A stretch of 64,000 nt of DNA from Chiloscyllium plagiosum (lineage: Eukaryota): positions 78,794,132-78,858,131 of the forward strand of contig NC_057720.1 of NCBI RefSeq assembly GCF_004010195.1. The letters are read 5' to 3'. The first letter of the stretch is position 1. The number at the start of each line of letters is the position of its first letter. The position numbers were made by a program, and so were the translations under genes. Shown here piece after piece: positions 12,341-24,489 of this stretch. A model generated the notes under the pieces. It saw only the letters and a list, made by a program, of their open reading frames with translations, had not been told where the DNA came from and searched no databases.

Positions 12341-12536
12341 ACAGCAATAAACTTGGAGGAAGTTTGGGTGGTAGTGGTGGTTCCAGAGGGAGGGATGTGG
12401 AGAAGATGCATACAAGCAGGAAAGAGGAAGAGAAGCGATTAGGTGGGGTGGAGGAGAGGAACCCATTTCTTTAGTATTTTCATTATAGCCACATTGTTCA
12501 GAAATATAAATTGATCAGCAAGCAATTTCCCATCAA

Positions 12537-13180
12537 AGTCATAGAGATGCACAGCACGGAAACAGACAATTCAGTCCAACCTGTCCATGCCGACCAGACA
12601 TCCCAACCCAATCTAGTCCCACCTGCCAGCGCCCGGCCCATATCCCTCCAAACTCTTCCTATTCATATACCCATCTAAATGCCTTTTAAATGTTGCAATT
12701 GTACCAACCTCCACCACTTCCTCTGGCAGTTCATTCCATACACGTACCACCCTCTACATGAAAAAGTTGCCCTGTAGTTCACTTTTAAGTCTTTCCCCTC
12801 TCACCCTAAACCTATGCCCTCTAGTTCTGGACTCCCCTGCCCCAAGGAAAAGACTTTGTCTATTTACCCTATCCATGCACCTCATAATTTTGTAAACCTC
12901 TATAAGGTCACCCCTCAGCCTCCGACGCTCCAAGGAAAACAGCCCCAGCCTGTTCAGCCTCTCCCTATAGCTCAGATCCTCCAACCCTGGCAACATCCTT
13001 GTAAATCTTTTCTGAACCCTTTCAAGTTTCACAACATCTTTCCAATAGGAAAGAGACCAGAATTGCACGCAATATTCCAACAGTAGCCTAACCAATGTCT
13101 TGTGCAGCCGCAACATGACCTCCCCAACTCCTGTACTCAGTACTCTGACCAATAAAGGAAAGCATACCAAACGCCCTCTT
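12537..13180 (-). mobile_element. CR1 LINE 3' fragment
   Basis: LEYCVQFWS...ERVQKRFTRMLPGL...LRGDLIEVYKIM plus the 3' UTR. Confidence 0.9.
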
Positions 13181-13807
13181 TACATTTGAAGTGTTTTGGA
13201 TGCTTCAATATTTAGACTATTATTTAAGCCAACTCTCTCTAATTTGAGGGAGGTAGTCCAGCAGCCTCTTTAATGGGAATGCTGGAGTCTGGAGTGGTAT
13301 TTGTTGCATTGCACAAAAAAAAATTGAAGGAATCAATGGTTCTCCAACATTTCATTTTCATGTTTATGATTCCTTTGGAATGCGGCATTAAACCACATCA
13401 AAATCACATCACAGTGCTTCCTAATGGTTGCACTCATGTGTGGCAAACTTTGATTCCCATCCTCCTGTCAATGTGGACTGCCTAAATGTCTGCACTGGCA
13501 AATGGTCATGGAGCACAAATTAAATGAAGCACTTCCATCCACAAACAACTTGCAAACATTTGAAAAATAGATAGTGATTTTTGTTTCTTAAAAACCTCTC
13601 ATCGGTTTGAAGGTCACTATACCTGGTGATAAGGGCGAAAAGGTGAAAAGGAAACTACTGTGGTCTGGAATGCTATTCACTACACCCTTGCATGATAGGG
13701 TCCCTAGGTTATCATACAATAACTGCCAGCTCATGAACAATTTCCTTTGGTTTTCTCATACACTGAATGAAACAAAATCATAGATAGTCACATCGTGTCA
13801 AACTTAC

Positions 13808-13885
13808 TTTTTCATGGCCACCTCAGATTTTGCAGCGCAGAGTTCTCGATCTCCTTCGCAGTCTGGACAATCAAGTTTTCCAGGC
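13808..13885 (-). CDS. Candidate internal exon (78 nt, phase 2-2) of an RGL1-like RalGEF gene
   Basis: TTACAG| ... |GTAAGT boundaries. Reads (R)PGKLDCPDCEGDRELCAAKSEVAMK(N/K), the same length as and similar to human RGL1 RYGNLTSPNCEEDGSQSSSESKMVIRN (recalled from memory). RGL1 is antisense to APOBEC4 in mammals. No flanking RGL1 exons were found in the window. Confidence 0.45.
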
Positions 13886-14291
13886 CTGTAATTGATCAGA
13901 CAAGATAAATTTAGTCATTCATACTTGTATTTGCCTCCATCTGCAATTGTGTGCCAGCTGTCTAAATGGCCGAAGGCTTTGGATTCGGTATTGCAGCTCA
14001 TGTTCAGACTGCAATAGATGTTTTTGTTTGTCAAACTAACACAGTTGGTTTTCAAGAAAGCAGAGCACTGTTAGGAGAAGGGGCCGAGAACGTAGTGGAG
14101 AAAAGGAGGATTTTTCTTTGCAGCATAGTCCAGAGATATCAATGGGAGGTGTGGGGGAAGGGGAGAAGCTGCCAAAAGAGGAAGGAGAGAGAAAAAAGAA
14201 TCTGAGGGAAGAAAGGAGGTGTGGGCAGATAGAGGAGAGAAAGAATCCACGAGCTTTACTTAATCATGATCCAGTGCTTTCACTTAAAAAG

Positions 14292-14560
14292 TTAAAAATC
14301 ACACAACACCCGGTTATAGTCCAACAGGTTTATTTGGAAGCACTAGCTTTTAGAGCACTGCTCCTTCATCAGGTGGTTGTGGAGTATAAGATTGCAAGAC
14401 TCAGAATTTACAGCAAAAGTTTCCAGTGTGAAGTAACTGAAATGATATATTGAAAAAAGACCCGATTGTTTGTTACATCTCTCATCTTTTAGAATGACCA
14501 TGTATCAGTTCTTTCATATGTAAATCACAAAACTTTTTTTTAAATAACAAGTGAACTCCT
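14292..14560 (-). mobile_element. Penelope family-2 terminal fragment with hammerhead-like core
   Basis: AAATCACACAACACC.GGTTATAGTCCAACAGG family. The minus strand reads CAC CTGATGA AGGAGC AGT GCTCT AAAA GC TA GTG at 14341-14375. Confidence 0.7.
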
Positions 14561-15219
14561 GCAGCGACTTTCACCCAGCTCTCCAGTTGTCTCTCATTGC
14601 CTGGTAGCCTCGGATCACCAAGGAGCAGCAGCTGCTGGCCAGATACTGCTAGGTTATCCTTCTCCCTTGCTGCCACCACCTTCCTCGCTTCCTACTCTGC
14701 TCCTCAGCCACCGGCTCCTGGATCCGCACCTTACTTCCCTCCCTGCCTCACCCTCACTTCCACACTGTGCCTACTCCCCACAACATCTACCCACATATTC
14801 AAGGTATACACACATCCCGTCCCCAATATCCAGCTCCACACAAAAAAAACTGGATGGAGATTTCAAATGGGCGACTGGAACTTGGCTTTCTTAAAGTGAC
14901 CACGACAATCATGACACCCCTGGGAGTTCTTGTGAGAACATAGAACAATACAGCACAGAACAGGCCCTTCGGCCCACGCAGGTATCCTTCCTGGTATACC
15001 CTTAGAAAAGATACCAAGATGAAAATGGACAAGATTTTTTATTTCTATGGTTCAGTCTGTATCTACCACACAGTTGCAATGGGTTCATGCTTTTCAAAGT
15101 GCAGGCAACAGAATGGAAGTTTACAAAACTGAATGCAGACCAGGCGGGGCATAGGTTTCATAGAAGTGACCAAAAATCAGGAAGTGAATTGACAGCAAAT
15201 AGTCTAAGCTGTTTAGCTG

Positions 15220-15670
15220 TCCTTGATAAACCAACCCCTTTGTCCCTGGAATCAGCCTAGTGGACCTCTTTTGAACTGCCCCCAATGCCAGTACTGTACA
15301 TCCTTTCTTAAACATGGGCACCAAAACAGTACACCATACTCCAGATACAGCCTCATCAACACCACTGGGACTTGAGCTTTCAAGTTCCCAACAGTTTAGA
15401 CTTTGCAATTTCAATAACCAGGGTAAATCACCAGGGACTGTAGATTTAAGGAAAGAGACAGGAGTTTTAGAGGAATAAGTTGTTTTTTCACTCAGAGGGG
15501 GCTCACTGCCTCAGAGTAATTGAGCTGGGAACATTTAGATGAACAATTGAAATGGCTTAGCATACAAGACCAAGTGCTGGAAAATGGGTTTCGATGTTGA
15601 TAGGTACTTGATGACTGCCACAGACATAATCGGCTAAAGTTTTTCTTCTGTGCTATAAAACTCCACGCTG
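15220..15670. mobile_element. Two short CR1 fragments (minus ~15220-15360, plus ~15430-15670)
   Basis: VQKRSTRLIPG-type CR1 remnant, then RTVDLRKETGVLEE-like and 3' UTR-like sequence. Confidence 0.55.
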
Positions 15671-15725
15671 TAAAGTTCTGCTCAGTTGCTCTCCACTTAT
15701 AACTTAGTAATATGATCTGTACTAG

Positions 15726-16033
15726 TTTAGATCCCCTACAGTATGGAAACAGGCCATTTGGCCCAACAAGTCCACACCAACCCTCTTAAGAGTAACCCAC
15801 CCAGATCCATTCCCCTAACTAATGCACCTAACACTGTGGGCAATTTAGCATGACCAATTCACTTAACCTGCACATCTTTGGATTGTGGGAGGAAACGAGA
15901 GCACTCAGAGGAGACCCATGCAGACAAAGGGAGAATATGCAAACTCCACACAAAGTTGCCCAAGACTGGAATCAAACTCAGGTTCCTAGCACTATGAGGC
16001 AGCAGTGCTAACCGCTGAGCCACCATGCCACCC
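15726..16033 (-). mobile_element. HE1-like tRNA-derived SINE
   Basis: Minus-strand head GGGTGGCATGGTGGCTCAGCGGTTAGCACTGCTGCCTCA, central GTGTGGAGTTTGCA..TTCTCCC and a CR1-like tail. Confidence 0.85.
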
Positions 16034-16209
16034 AGTCTAAATAATCAACAACTATTGTGATGTAATGCCTTAAAGTGACAAACAAAAATCCCAAGGCACT
16101 TCCTAGGAGAATTAGAAGCAAGACATGACACTGAGACACAATCAGAAATATTAGGTCTGACGATCAAAAACTTGGTCACACCAAAAAAAGGAACTTAGTG
16201 GGAATATTG

Positions 16210-16400
16210 TGAACACCCATCTTAATAATGACTTCCTGAAACATGCTGGACTTGAAACTTGCATCGTCATCTGACTGGATCTATGTTGGCAGATGATACA
16301 GGATGAAGAATTGTGTCAACTCCTTCACCACTATTTTGACTCATAGACTCAAAGACATTGCAACACAGATGGATACCAGTTGTGTCACACTCGTCATCAA
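16210..16400 (-). mobile_element. Decayed Gypsy-type integrase fragment
   Basis: VKIVVKELTQFFILYHLPT*IQSDDDASFKSSMFQEVIIKMGVH resembles the P-x-x-I-x-S-D-x-G-x-x-F region of LTR-element integrases. Confidence 0.55.
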
Positions 16401-16479
16401 TGATCTGTTTGCACTAATCCCATTTTCTATTTTTAGCCCTGTAAATTATGGCAATTCAAGTGAATATACAAGTGCTGCA

Positions 16480-17000
16480 CAACTGGGATGAGCCTTTGTG
16501 TCTCAATCATCTTTTCAGGCAGTGACTTCCAGACTTGCATCACCCTCTTGAGTTAAAGCATTTCTCTTCAACTCTCCTCTCAGCTTTCTCCCTCTCACTT
16601 TAAGCCATTGTCCCTCATAGTTGACCCCTCTATTAATGGATAAGGTCCCTTCCTACCCACCCTATCTATGCCGCTCAAAACCTTTTCCACCTCTATTATG
16701 ACCCCTCTCAAAATTTGCTGCTTATAGAAAAACAGATCCAAACTCTCCAAAGTTTCATAGCTCAGACCCTGCAGACCAGATAGCATTCTTGTAAATCTCT
16801 TGTGCACCCTCTCTAGTACAAATACATCCTTTGTATAATGTGGTGACCAGAATTGCACCAAGTTTTCCAGTTGGTATCTAACCAGCATTTTATACAACCT
16901 CAGTATAACCATCTTGCTCTTGTACTCTATGCCTCTGCTAATAAAGGTAAGTATCCCAAACACCTACCATATAACTGCCCTGCAATCTTCAGGGATCAAT
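16480..17000 (-). mobile_element. Old CR1 3' fragment
   Basis: FISRGIEYKS...VQFWSPHY...ERVHKRFTRML. Confidence 0.85.
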
Positions 17001-18070
17001 AATATCATTTCCTGCAGTGAATTTGTCCACCATGTGCCTGTATTTTTGAAGGACTGTTTGGTATGAAGATGCAGCAGGATGGGTTGACTCCCAGTTAACG
17101 GATTACATTCATACCAGTCAAGATGACTCTAAATAGTCAGGGCAGTGCCATGGGGATGCAGCAGGGATCTTGTGCAAAAACAAAGCACGATGTTTGGAAA
17201 GGCCTGAGGCTTCCGATATTGCCACAGTTAGTGACTGAAGGAAAAGGTTAGAACAGCAGGGGAAGGGAGAGGAACAACTGCAACACATTGACCTAACTTC
17301 ATTCAAGAAATGAGCAACATTACAGTGAGAAAAACCCATTAATAGTCAATCTGGTAAGGCAACACACTAACACTTAACATTGCTTCCAAAAAACATCAAA
17401 TCTACCATATAAAATCAACCTGGATAGTCAAATAATAAATATTATCTACCTCTTCTGACAGGGTAGCAGTTTCACCAGCCAAAGTCAAAAAAAAGAGAGA
17501 AAGCTAAATGATTATTATTTGCGCCAGTCGAAGGCCCCACATCAAAATGTGACGTCCACAGAGCAGAATACTTACATGCATTAATTTTCTAAATGGCAGT
17601 TAGCTTGTTGCTTCTAAATAGCATTAAATATTTCTTAGGTTTGCTCTAGGCATGAAAATATTTCTTCTGCTGTATCATCTGAAATTGAACTTACTAACCC
17701 TCAAATATCCTTACTATTTCATCTCAGCTTTGATTCCTGTAAATGTTAATATTTTAATCCTGCAGATCACAAATTGTTGACGGAATAAGATTACAGAACT
17801 GCATTTTTCTTCTGTTACTCACAATCATATACCAGCCTAATTAACTTATAGATTGCTGTAAAAGATTCTGTCTCTAATAAATACCAGCTGGAACACTTAG
17901 TTCTCTGTCTTGCACATGATTGAAGGCGATCCAATTCCTTAGAAACCAGTAAGGTCCATTATTAAAGTGAGCTGGTTTTAACTTTTAATTTTGCAAGCAT
18001 CTAGAATATGAAATGTGAATGACACACACACTTTTCTGAATGGTATCCAACAAATAGAACTGGGGTGTAC

Positions 18071-18259
18071 AAAGTTACAAATCACACAACACCAGGTTAT
18101 AGTCCAACAGGTTTAATTGGAAGCACACTAGCTTTTGGAGCGACACTCCTTCATCAGGTGGTGAATTGGTATCACCCGATGAAGGTGCGTCGCTCCGAAA
18201 GCTAGTGTGCTTTCAATTAAATCTGTTGGACTATAACCTGGTGTTGTGTGATTTGTAAC
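18071..18259. mobile_element. Inverted pair of Penelope family-2 termini (~90-bp arms)
   Basis: 18071-18161 is the near reverse complement of 18172-18259. Each arm has a hammerhead-like core. Confidence 0.8.
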
Positions 18260-18769
18260 AAATAGAACGTCACTCTTATTGATAGGGGAAACCAGTGAGT
18301 CTTTTTTTACAATAGTTGGCCAATTTCCCAGTATTTGTTTATGCAAAAGGTCACTGTGCTCCACTTGTATCTCACCACTTTGTCACAGATCAATGCCGGG
18401 ATTTAAAATTAATGTTGAGTTCAGATAAATTATCAAAGCAGCAGGCTGATAAACTGTGTATTAACATAGCTGTGCTCCAACTGAAATCTCCAAAAGGCCA
18501 AAAGCCAGCACATGAATTAAATCAGTTTACAATTGAGCAGCACCCCCACAGCCAATGAGTATCAAAGAACTACTGAAGGCAAAAATGCTGAAACACCTTT
18601 GCCATCCCAATTCAAACATTTTGCATGTTTACTTAGTGTTGTGACCAAGGCATACAAATTTTCTGAGTGAAAAGCAGCTAATTTTAACATTCCACCACTG
18701 GTGACCTTTATAACATTTGCACAATATTGAATTCATCAAAAGTCATGCAAACATCTGTCTGTTACAAGA

Positions 18770-19060
18770 TTTGGCTTAGTGGATAACATTTTTGCCTGAC
18801 TTTCAAATTTGCAGTCCTACTTCAGAGACTTCAGCACATAATCTCAGCTGACATTACTGTGCCAACCTGTACTGCACTATCAAGTGTGCAATATTTCAAA
18901 CAATGCATTAAATAAAGTCCCTGTCTCTGATTGAAAAGAGAAGGGTAGTTCTGCAGATGAATAATTATCCCAACCTCAAAGACTATCTGCTCATTTCAGT
19001 TGATGGGACATGGACGATTGGCTATTACATTTCCTACAACTCTACTTTCAAGAGTCAATG
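18770..19060 (+). mobile_element. Degraded Deu-domain (SacSINE1-like) SINE
   Basis: tRNA-like head, CAGAGACTT.AGCACATAATCT..GCTGACA and ATTGGCT...ATTTCCTACA blocks. Similar remnants at ~26480-26770, ~34970-35080, ~39880-40110 and ~53260-53530. Confidence 0.5.
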
Positions 19061-19469
19061 TAGATTACAAGTTGAAACAAAATTGAATATCTGTACCTTC
19101 ATATACTATGCCAATACTACCCCATAATTTACTAAAGCTTAGTAAGATTATTGGATTTATCTTTGCCCAATACCAATCATTCAGATTCAGCATTGCACTA
19201 ATTACAAGTGATTGAACAATGCCATCCAAAAAGTGACAGCTTTTACAGTAGCCAATTCAAAAACAGAAATGATAGTAATGTATCTGAAATAACCTTTCTG
19301 CAGGAGGCACATAGTTCGTCTAAGTACTTCACTTCCTATCACACTTTAGTAAATCCTTTGACTCAGCGTGAGTGTTGCCACCTTTTAAGATGCTCTTGGG
19401 TTCATGTCGCACTACATGTGACCCTACCACACAGTTCTGGTCTGGAAAATCTTCCTTACTGTCCTGTTT

Positions 19470-19865
19470 TGACACCATCACCTTGTTAAATTGTTATGAT
19501 CTCTCTACCTTAGTTAATTTGTACAATTTTGGATTACTTATGAATTTATTACTCTTATACCTATCTTGTTATTCCAGTCATTTGGGTTGTCTCCAGCACA
19601 ACTTTATTTTTAATTTTTTGTAAACCTCTCTCTGCCTCATTTAATCATATTATAGATCATCTCTTCACTTGATACTTTTGATCACCTGCAGAGTTTTATT
19701 ATTCAACACTCTACTCACACTATTTGTATGATCATTTGATCTCTCTGCCTATAAATTTCTGTGTCTGTGTGCTTCTCTCTTCACTTCAGCTGACGAAGGG
19801 GTTATGCACTGAAAGCTTGTGATTTCAAATAAAATTGTAGGACTATGACCTGGTATCATGTAACT
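19470..19865 (+). mobile_element. Penelope family-2 3' end
   Basis: Ends in CTGACGAAGGGG...GAAAGCTTGTG...GGACTATGACCTGGT, matching the family-2 terminus. Confidence 0.65.
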
Positions 19866-20233
19866 TCGGATCTTTTAAGGCAGAAGACAAAACCTTCAGC
19901 AGAAAAAGAAAGGATGAATCCGAATCTTCATATTCAGTAATAGATGTAACCCACTCAATCATTTGTCCTCACTATTTCTCAATATCCTTTCACTTGCCTG
20001 TCAGTCTTTTGTAACTGACGGATCAGCCTGACAATATCTAACACACATTATTCCATGATCTTTGTTGAATACAATGTTGCCATTCTGGCTTTGAAAAACT
20101 CAGTGATTATATAGTAAATGCAGCACTATGGTTTTATGATGATGATTAAATTACATTCAGAAAACTTGCCAGAAGTATGGGGAATACCTATAGTCTAGTG
20201 AGGAACAGTAGCCCAACACAAAGTCTCAACACT

Positions 20234-20472
20234 ATTGCCATGGAGTCTGTATCCATTCACTTTGCCTATAAACAAAACTGCCCCACCCTCTGCAACAAAC
20301 AAGTTATCAAGCACATGACCAGAATCAGCAGTGGAAGAAAAATATGTTTGTGTGATCTACTGTAGATTTGCACCAACATTTGGAATAAATTCCATAGTTC
20401 AGATTAATCAAAAATACAACAAATGCTGGAAAAACAATGATGAACCACCTTAGCCGGGCCTCCTGGTTACAG
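20234..20472 (+). promoter_or_regulatory. Candidate APOBEC4 promoter and non-coding exon 1
   Basis: X-box-like ATTGCCATGGAGTC (20234-20247), forkhead-like TAAACA (20269-20274) and donor CAG|GTAAAC after 20472. Human APOBEC4 has a non-coding first exon. Confidence 0.3.
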
Positions 20473-21623
20473 GTAAACACTTACAATATATACTACATGT
20501 GTGGAGAATGTACATTTACACCTGAATGCCTAATCTTATTATTCTTACTCCGTATCCAATAGTTTTATATTCAATCACAATGTTTTCATAGGAATGTGCT
20601 TATTATGACTCTAGGCTTTATAATTATACATGAGTTTTAGCACATTGAGTAATATTTATGGAGCACAACTGATCTGAATTCTAGCAACAATGTATTGGGT
20701 AATTATAATAGTTTGCTTCCAATATTTGTTTAGTGAATTTTGTAGTTCAATGTTGGAACCTTGTATCAGAAATTCCAGTTGAATAAAATACTTCCTCTTG
20801 CAGCTGCATGTAAAAATTTATGTAGCTGAGAGTGCAAGTCTTGCATTTAAAAACGGCATAGCCACTGATCACTTAATTCGCTTCTCAATGGGGATGAAGA
20901 TAAAGGTTTGCCAACTCTGTATGCATATATTCAGGAAGATTTCACCACAGAAATGCCTACTTTCAACCATCAAACAGCTTCTCAACCTCTTCAGTGCCCT
21001 GAAAATGTCTGGAAAAGTTCATACTGAGGAACGACACAAGCACAACTATCCCAATCTAATCATGTACAAAGTGCAAAGAATATTATGAGTTTATTAACTG
21101 TACTCATGCCATTTTGTGTTGTTTTTACTTCAGAAACTTTGTGCAATTATAGGTTTGTTTCTGGTGCTTTGGCCCCTGTTCCAGTATCATAGCAGGCCAT
21201 TCAGCACAACCAGTTGTAATCTTTCTGTCTGGTATGCCCCCTCTAATTCCATTGCCCTCATCCCTTTTTACCAGTATACTCCGTATTCTTTTCCAATTTG
21301 CTGCTTTCATTTTGAAAGCATCCAAGCTATTTACACTTACTGCAGAAATATTTTTCAGATTCTAACCACGAAAGCAATTTCTAAGTTCCCCACTGCAATT
21401 ATCTCTATCTTCTATTTATAGTCAATATAAAATGATGCTGGAAATCTGATATATAAAAAAATCTGAAATAATGAAATAAAGATATGCTGAAAGAAGATCT
21501 GATCTGTTCATACCCCAAATTTGGAAAATGTATAGTTTTTCCTTCATACAGAGACTCCTCTTCTGCTTATAGTCAACACCCATTTTATTTTCTCTTTCAG
21601 GAATATATTATCCTTAAGTAATT

Positions 21624-22775
21624 ATGATTTTGCAACAAAATCAAAGTGAAGCAACCATCATAACAATGACTTATGAAGAATATATTGCTCCTCAAGGAAC
21701 ACTGGTGAAACCTTACTACTGGCTGTATTCCACTGAAAGATGCCCAAAATGTCCCTATCACATCAAAACTGGAGAAGAAGCACGAGTTTCCTATATTGAG
21801 TTTTATGAAACATTTGGATTTCCCTATGCTCAACCACAGTCTGACAGGCATCTGATCTTCTATGAACTGAAATTATCATCTGGTACTATAGTGCAAAAAG
21901 GACAAGTAACCAACTGCACTTTATATCAACTTCATCCAGAATCTATCTTCTTTGACATGGATGGCTACCTGGATGCACTGTTGTACTCCTATGAAGACAT
22001 TGCTTACATTACCATTTATTCCAACTACACCCCGTGTAATGAAAGAGCTCACTGCTGCATAACCAAAATAAATGATTTCTTGTTCGATTTTCCCAGCACA
22101 AGGTTGGACATATATTTCTCTGCACTCTACCATACGGATGATCACTTTTCTGAATCTGGGTGGAATAGAGAAGCTCTCCATAACTTGGCTTCACTTTGGC
22201 CAAGAGTGACCCTCAATCCCATCAGCAGTGAAACATGGCTGACAATTCTTCACAGGTTTGTGAATGGTGTGCCACGGCTAACTCTTTACAACACAATTTT
22301 GCCTGAAAGAGCTTTTGCAGACCTCAGCAATGCCCATCAGATAGCTGCCATTACTGGTGTTCATCCTTCTTACATAGATGCAGTACCCCAAGCAAAGCAA
22401 TATCGAATGCAACATCTTAAGCCACCAGAGATGGACGTGTATCCTATTTCACAAGTACCATCTCCAGCTGTGAATCAAATGACATTAATGGCTCCATACC
22501 AACTATTTCAGCCATACATGAATCTTACTAATAAGCTACCATCACCTTTGTATGTACAGACACATCAACAACAGGACACTAAACCAAAGAATGTTGTGAG
22601 ACATCTCAACATGCCTAACATATCCAAAGGGGAAACATCAACAAGATCAACACCACGTGACATTCAAGTAACCGAAACAGTTAAAATTTTGGAATCTCCA
22701 ATGGGTAAAAGAACGAGCAAATCAAAGCAACAGAGGAAGACAGGGAAGAGAACAAAACGTACAAGAAGGAAATAG
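21624..22775 (+). CDS. APOBEC4: APOBEC4 putative cytidine deaminase (383 aa, single coding exon)
   Basis: YEEY...VKPYYWL...CPYHIKTGEEARVS, HPES zinc motif, PCNERAHCC, WNREALHNLASLWPRVTL, KPKNVVRHLNMP and basic C-terminus. Strong acceptor TTTCTCTTTCAG| at 21600 and an in-frame stop upstream of the ATG. Confidence 0.97.
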   Translation: MILQQNQSEATIITMTYEEYIAPQGTLVKPYYWLYSTERCPKCPYHIKTGEEARVSYIEFYETFGFPYAQPQSDRHLIFYELKLSSGTIVQKGQVTNCTLYQLHPESIFFDMDGYLDALLYSYEDIAYITIYSNYTPCNERAHCCITKINDFLFDFPSTRLDIYFSALYHTDDHFSESGWNREALHNLASLWPRVTLNPISSETWLTILHRFVNGVPRLTLYNTILPERAFADLSNAHQIAAITGVHPSYIDAVPQAKQYRMQHLKPPEMDVYPISQVPSPAVNQMTLMAPYQLFQPYMNLTNKLPSPLYVQTHQQQDTKPKNVVRHLNMPNISKGETSTRSTPRDIQVTETVKILESPMGKRTSKSKQQRKTGKRTKRTRRK

Positions 22776-22863
22776 CTGACAAAAACAGCTCTTCCAAACT
22801 GGTTGAGTTTCTGAATGAAAATGAAATCCCTTTTAAACAGGAGTAAGGTCTACTAATTGTTTC

Positions 22864-22869
22864 AATAAA
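22864..22869 (+). terminator. Candidate APOBEC4 polyadenylation signal
   Basis: First AATAAA after the stop codon. Others lie near 23920, 24038 and 24085. Confidence 0.35.
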
Positions 22870-24489
22870 TTCCACTGTCATTGCTTTTTCATAAGCTCTG
22901 CGCAGGAAGTACAATGGAATGTATGATAAAATTTGTCAACCTTGTTCAACTATTTTTAGTGGAACTGTCAAATTAAGACTATTATAAAGTTGTTATTTGC
23001 AATTACATTAGCATGGCAACGGCGAAAAAAGGTCTGAATTGTTTTTTGGTGCAGTCCCATTGTCTCTGATTCCAGATAGTAGCTTTAACCTGAACTCTTG
23101 CCAAATCTAACCTTAATCTGCTCATGAAGTCAGCAAACACTCAAGCTGCAAGGTCTTGATTATTTGAGTGTAGTTAGTTATTCGGGAGATAGATGGAGGA
23201 TAGCTAATCCAGACTGATTGGTTTACTAGACTTGCTGCAGGCAATATACTAGTGCAATCAATTTGTGCTCACAACATTTAGAATTCAGTTGTTAGTCATA
23301 TTCAATGTGATCATTGTTTTATTTGTTCAATCTCATTCAGCTACGCGCAGTTTATCACAGCTTCTGACAATAATTGAAATATCATGTCAACAAAGTAAGC
23401 TTATTAAGGTATTGCAATGAGTTATCACTTTGTTTCAGCACCTGTCAATACAGGTTGTTACCTACTCCTTTTTCCAAATGCACACACCTCTATTCCTCAC
23501 ACAAATCTATTTCACATTACTGACTTCATTTTTCATGCTTCATTATATTGCCTATATTGTGTTTTTTTTAAGGTTACACATTCTTGGTGTGATGCAGCAA
23601 AATTCTATAATTTATGATCAGTTTTTAGGAGAACAACCATAATGGTTTGAACTCACACCAAGCACAGTACAATAGTGTCTGCTGTTCAAGTTGTTGCTCT
23701 CTTTATCCTGCACTAACATGCCTCAGCAATGTGATATCTTTTCCACTACATTGTGTCTTGTGGACTCAAGAGAGACAAGCAGTCATGAAGTACACACTCT
23801 ACCATACCAGGAGGAGATATTTGGAAATGATTGTACCTTACCTATGCAGAACGGTAGCACTAATCTGAAGGTCTGTAGCCATGAGACTACTGAATAGATA
23901 GTTTAAAGATTGATAGGCAGAATAAAAAAGCTTTCCTTTTTATATACCTAATTCTTTGGAGTTTTAACTATCATTTTCAGTAGTGGAATTAAATCTTCTC
24001 TACTAATATCAATTATACCAATGGTCTGCATTGAACAAATAAAATTGACATTAGTGCGCTGTTACTAACATAAAACAGTCCTTAATAAAGTCTGAGAACC
24101 TTCCAGTTCATATCTTTTCAGCTACTCCCCTTGCCTTCTCCTCACCCATCAAGTCAAACCTCTCTGCAGATCCCATTGCCCTGCTGCTGAACCCAGCTCT
24201 GTCTAGTTTATCTTCCATCCCTTCTTTCCTCTAGCTATATGCAAATAATTCCATTTGAATACATTTGAGGAAATTATTAAAGGTTCTATCTTGGCCTATG
24301 GCCAGCACTACACTACTTTCCTGGATAGCAGAGGAAATTTACAAATAAACAACAGAAATCATATCTTAAGTACCAAACAACATTATACAGTTGATTCAAT
24401 GATCTAAGCATTGGACTGCAACAGAGATACTAGACAAGAAATAAACGGTACATTTTTTTTAAAAAGTGCATTGTGATAGGTCAGTGATA

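Noticed and set aside
17576-17678. Possible minus-strand exon (TTTCAG|...|GTAAGT)
   Set aside because: Weak polypyrimidine tract, both ATG-initiated frames hit stops, and there is no supporting homology.
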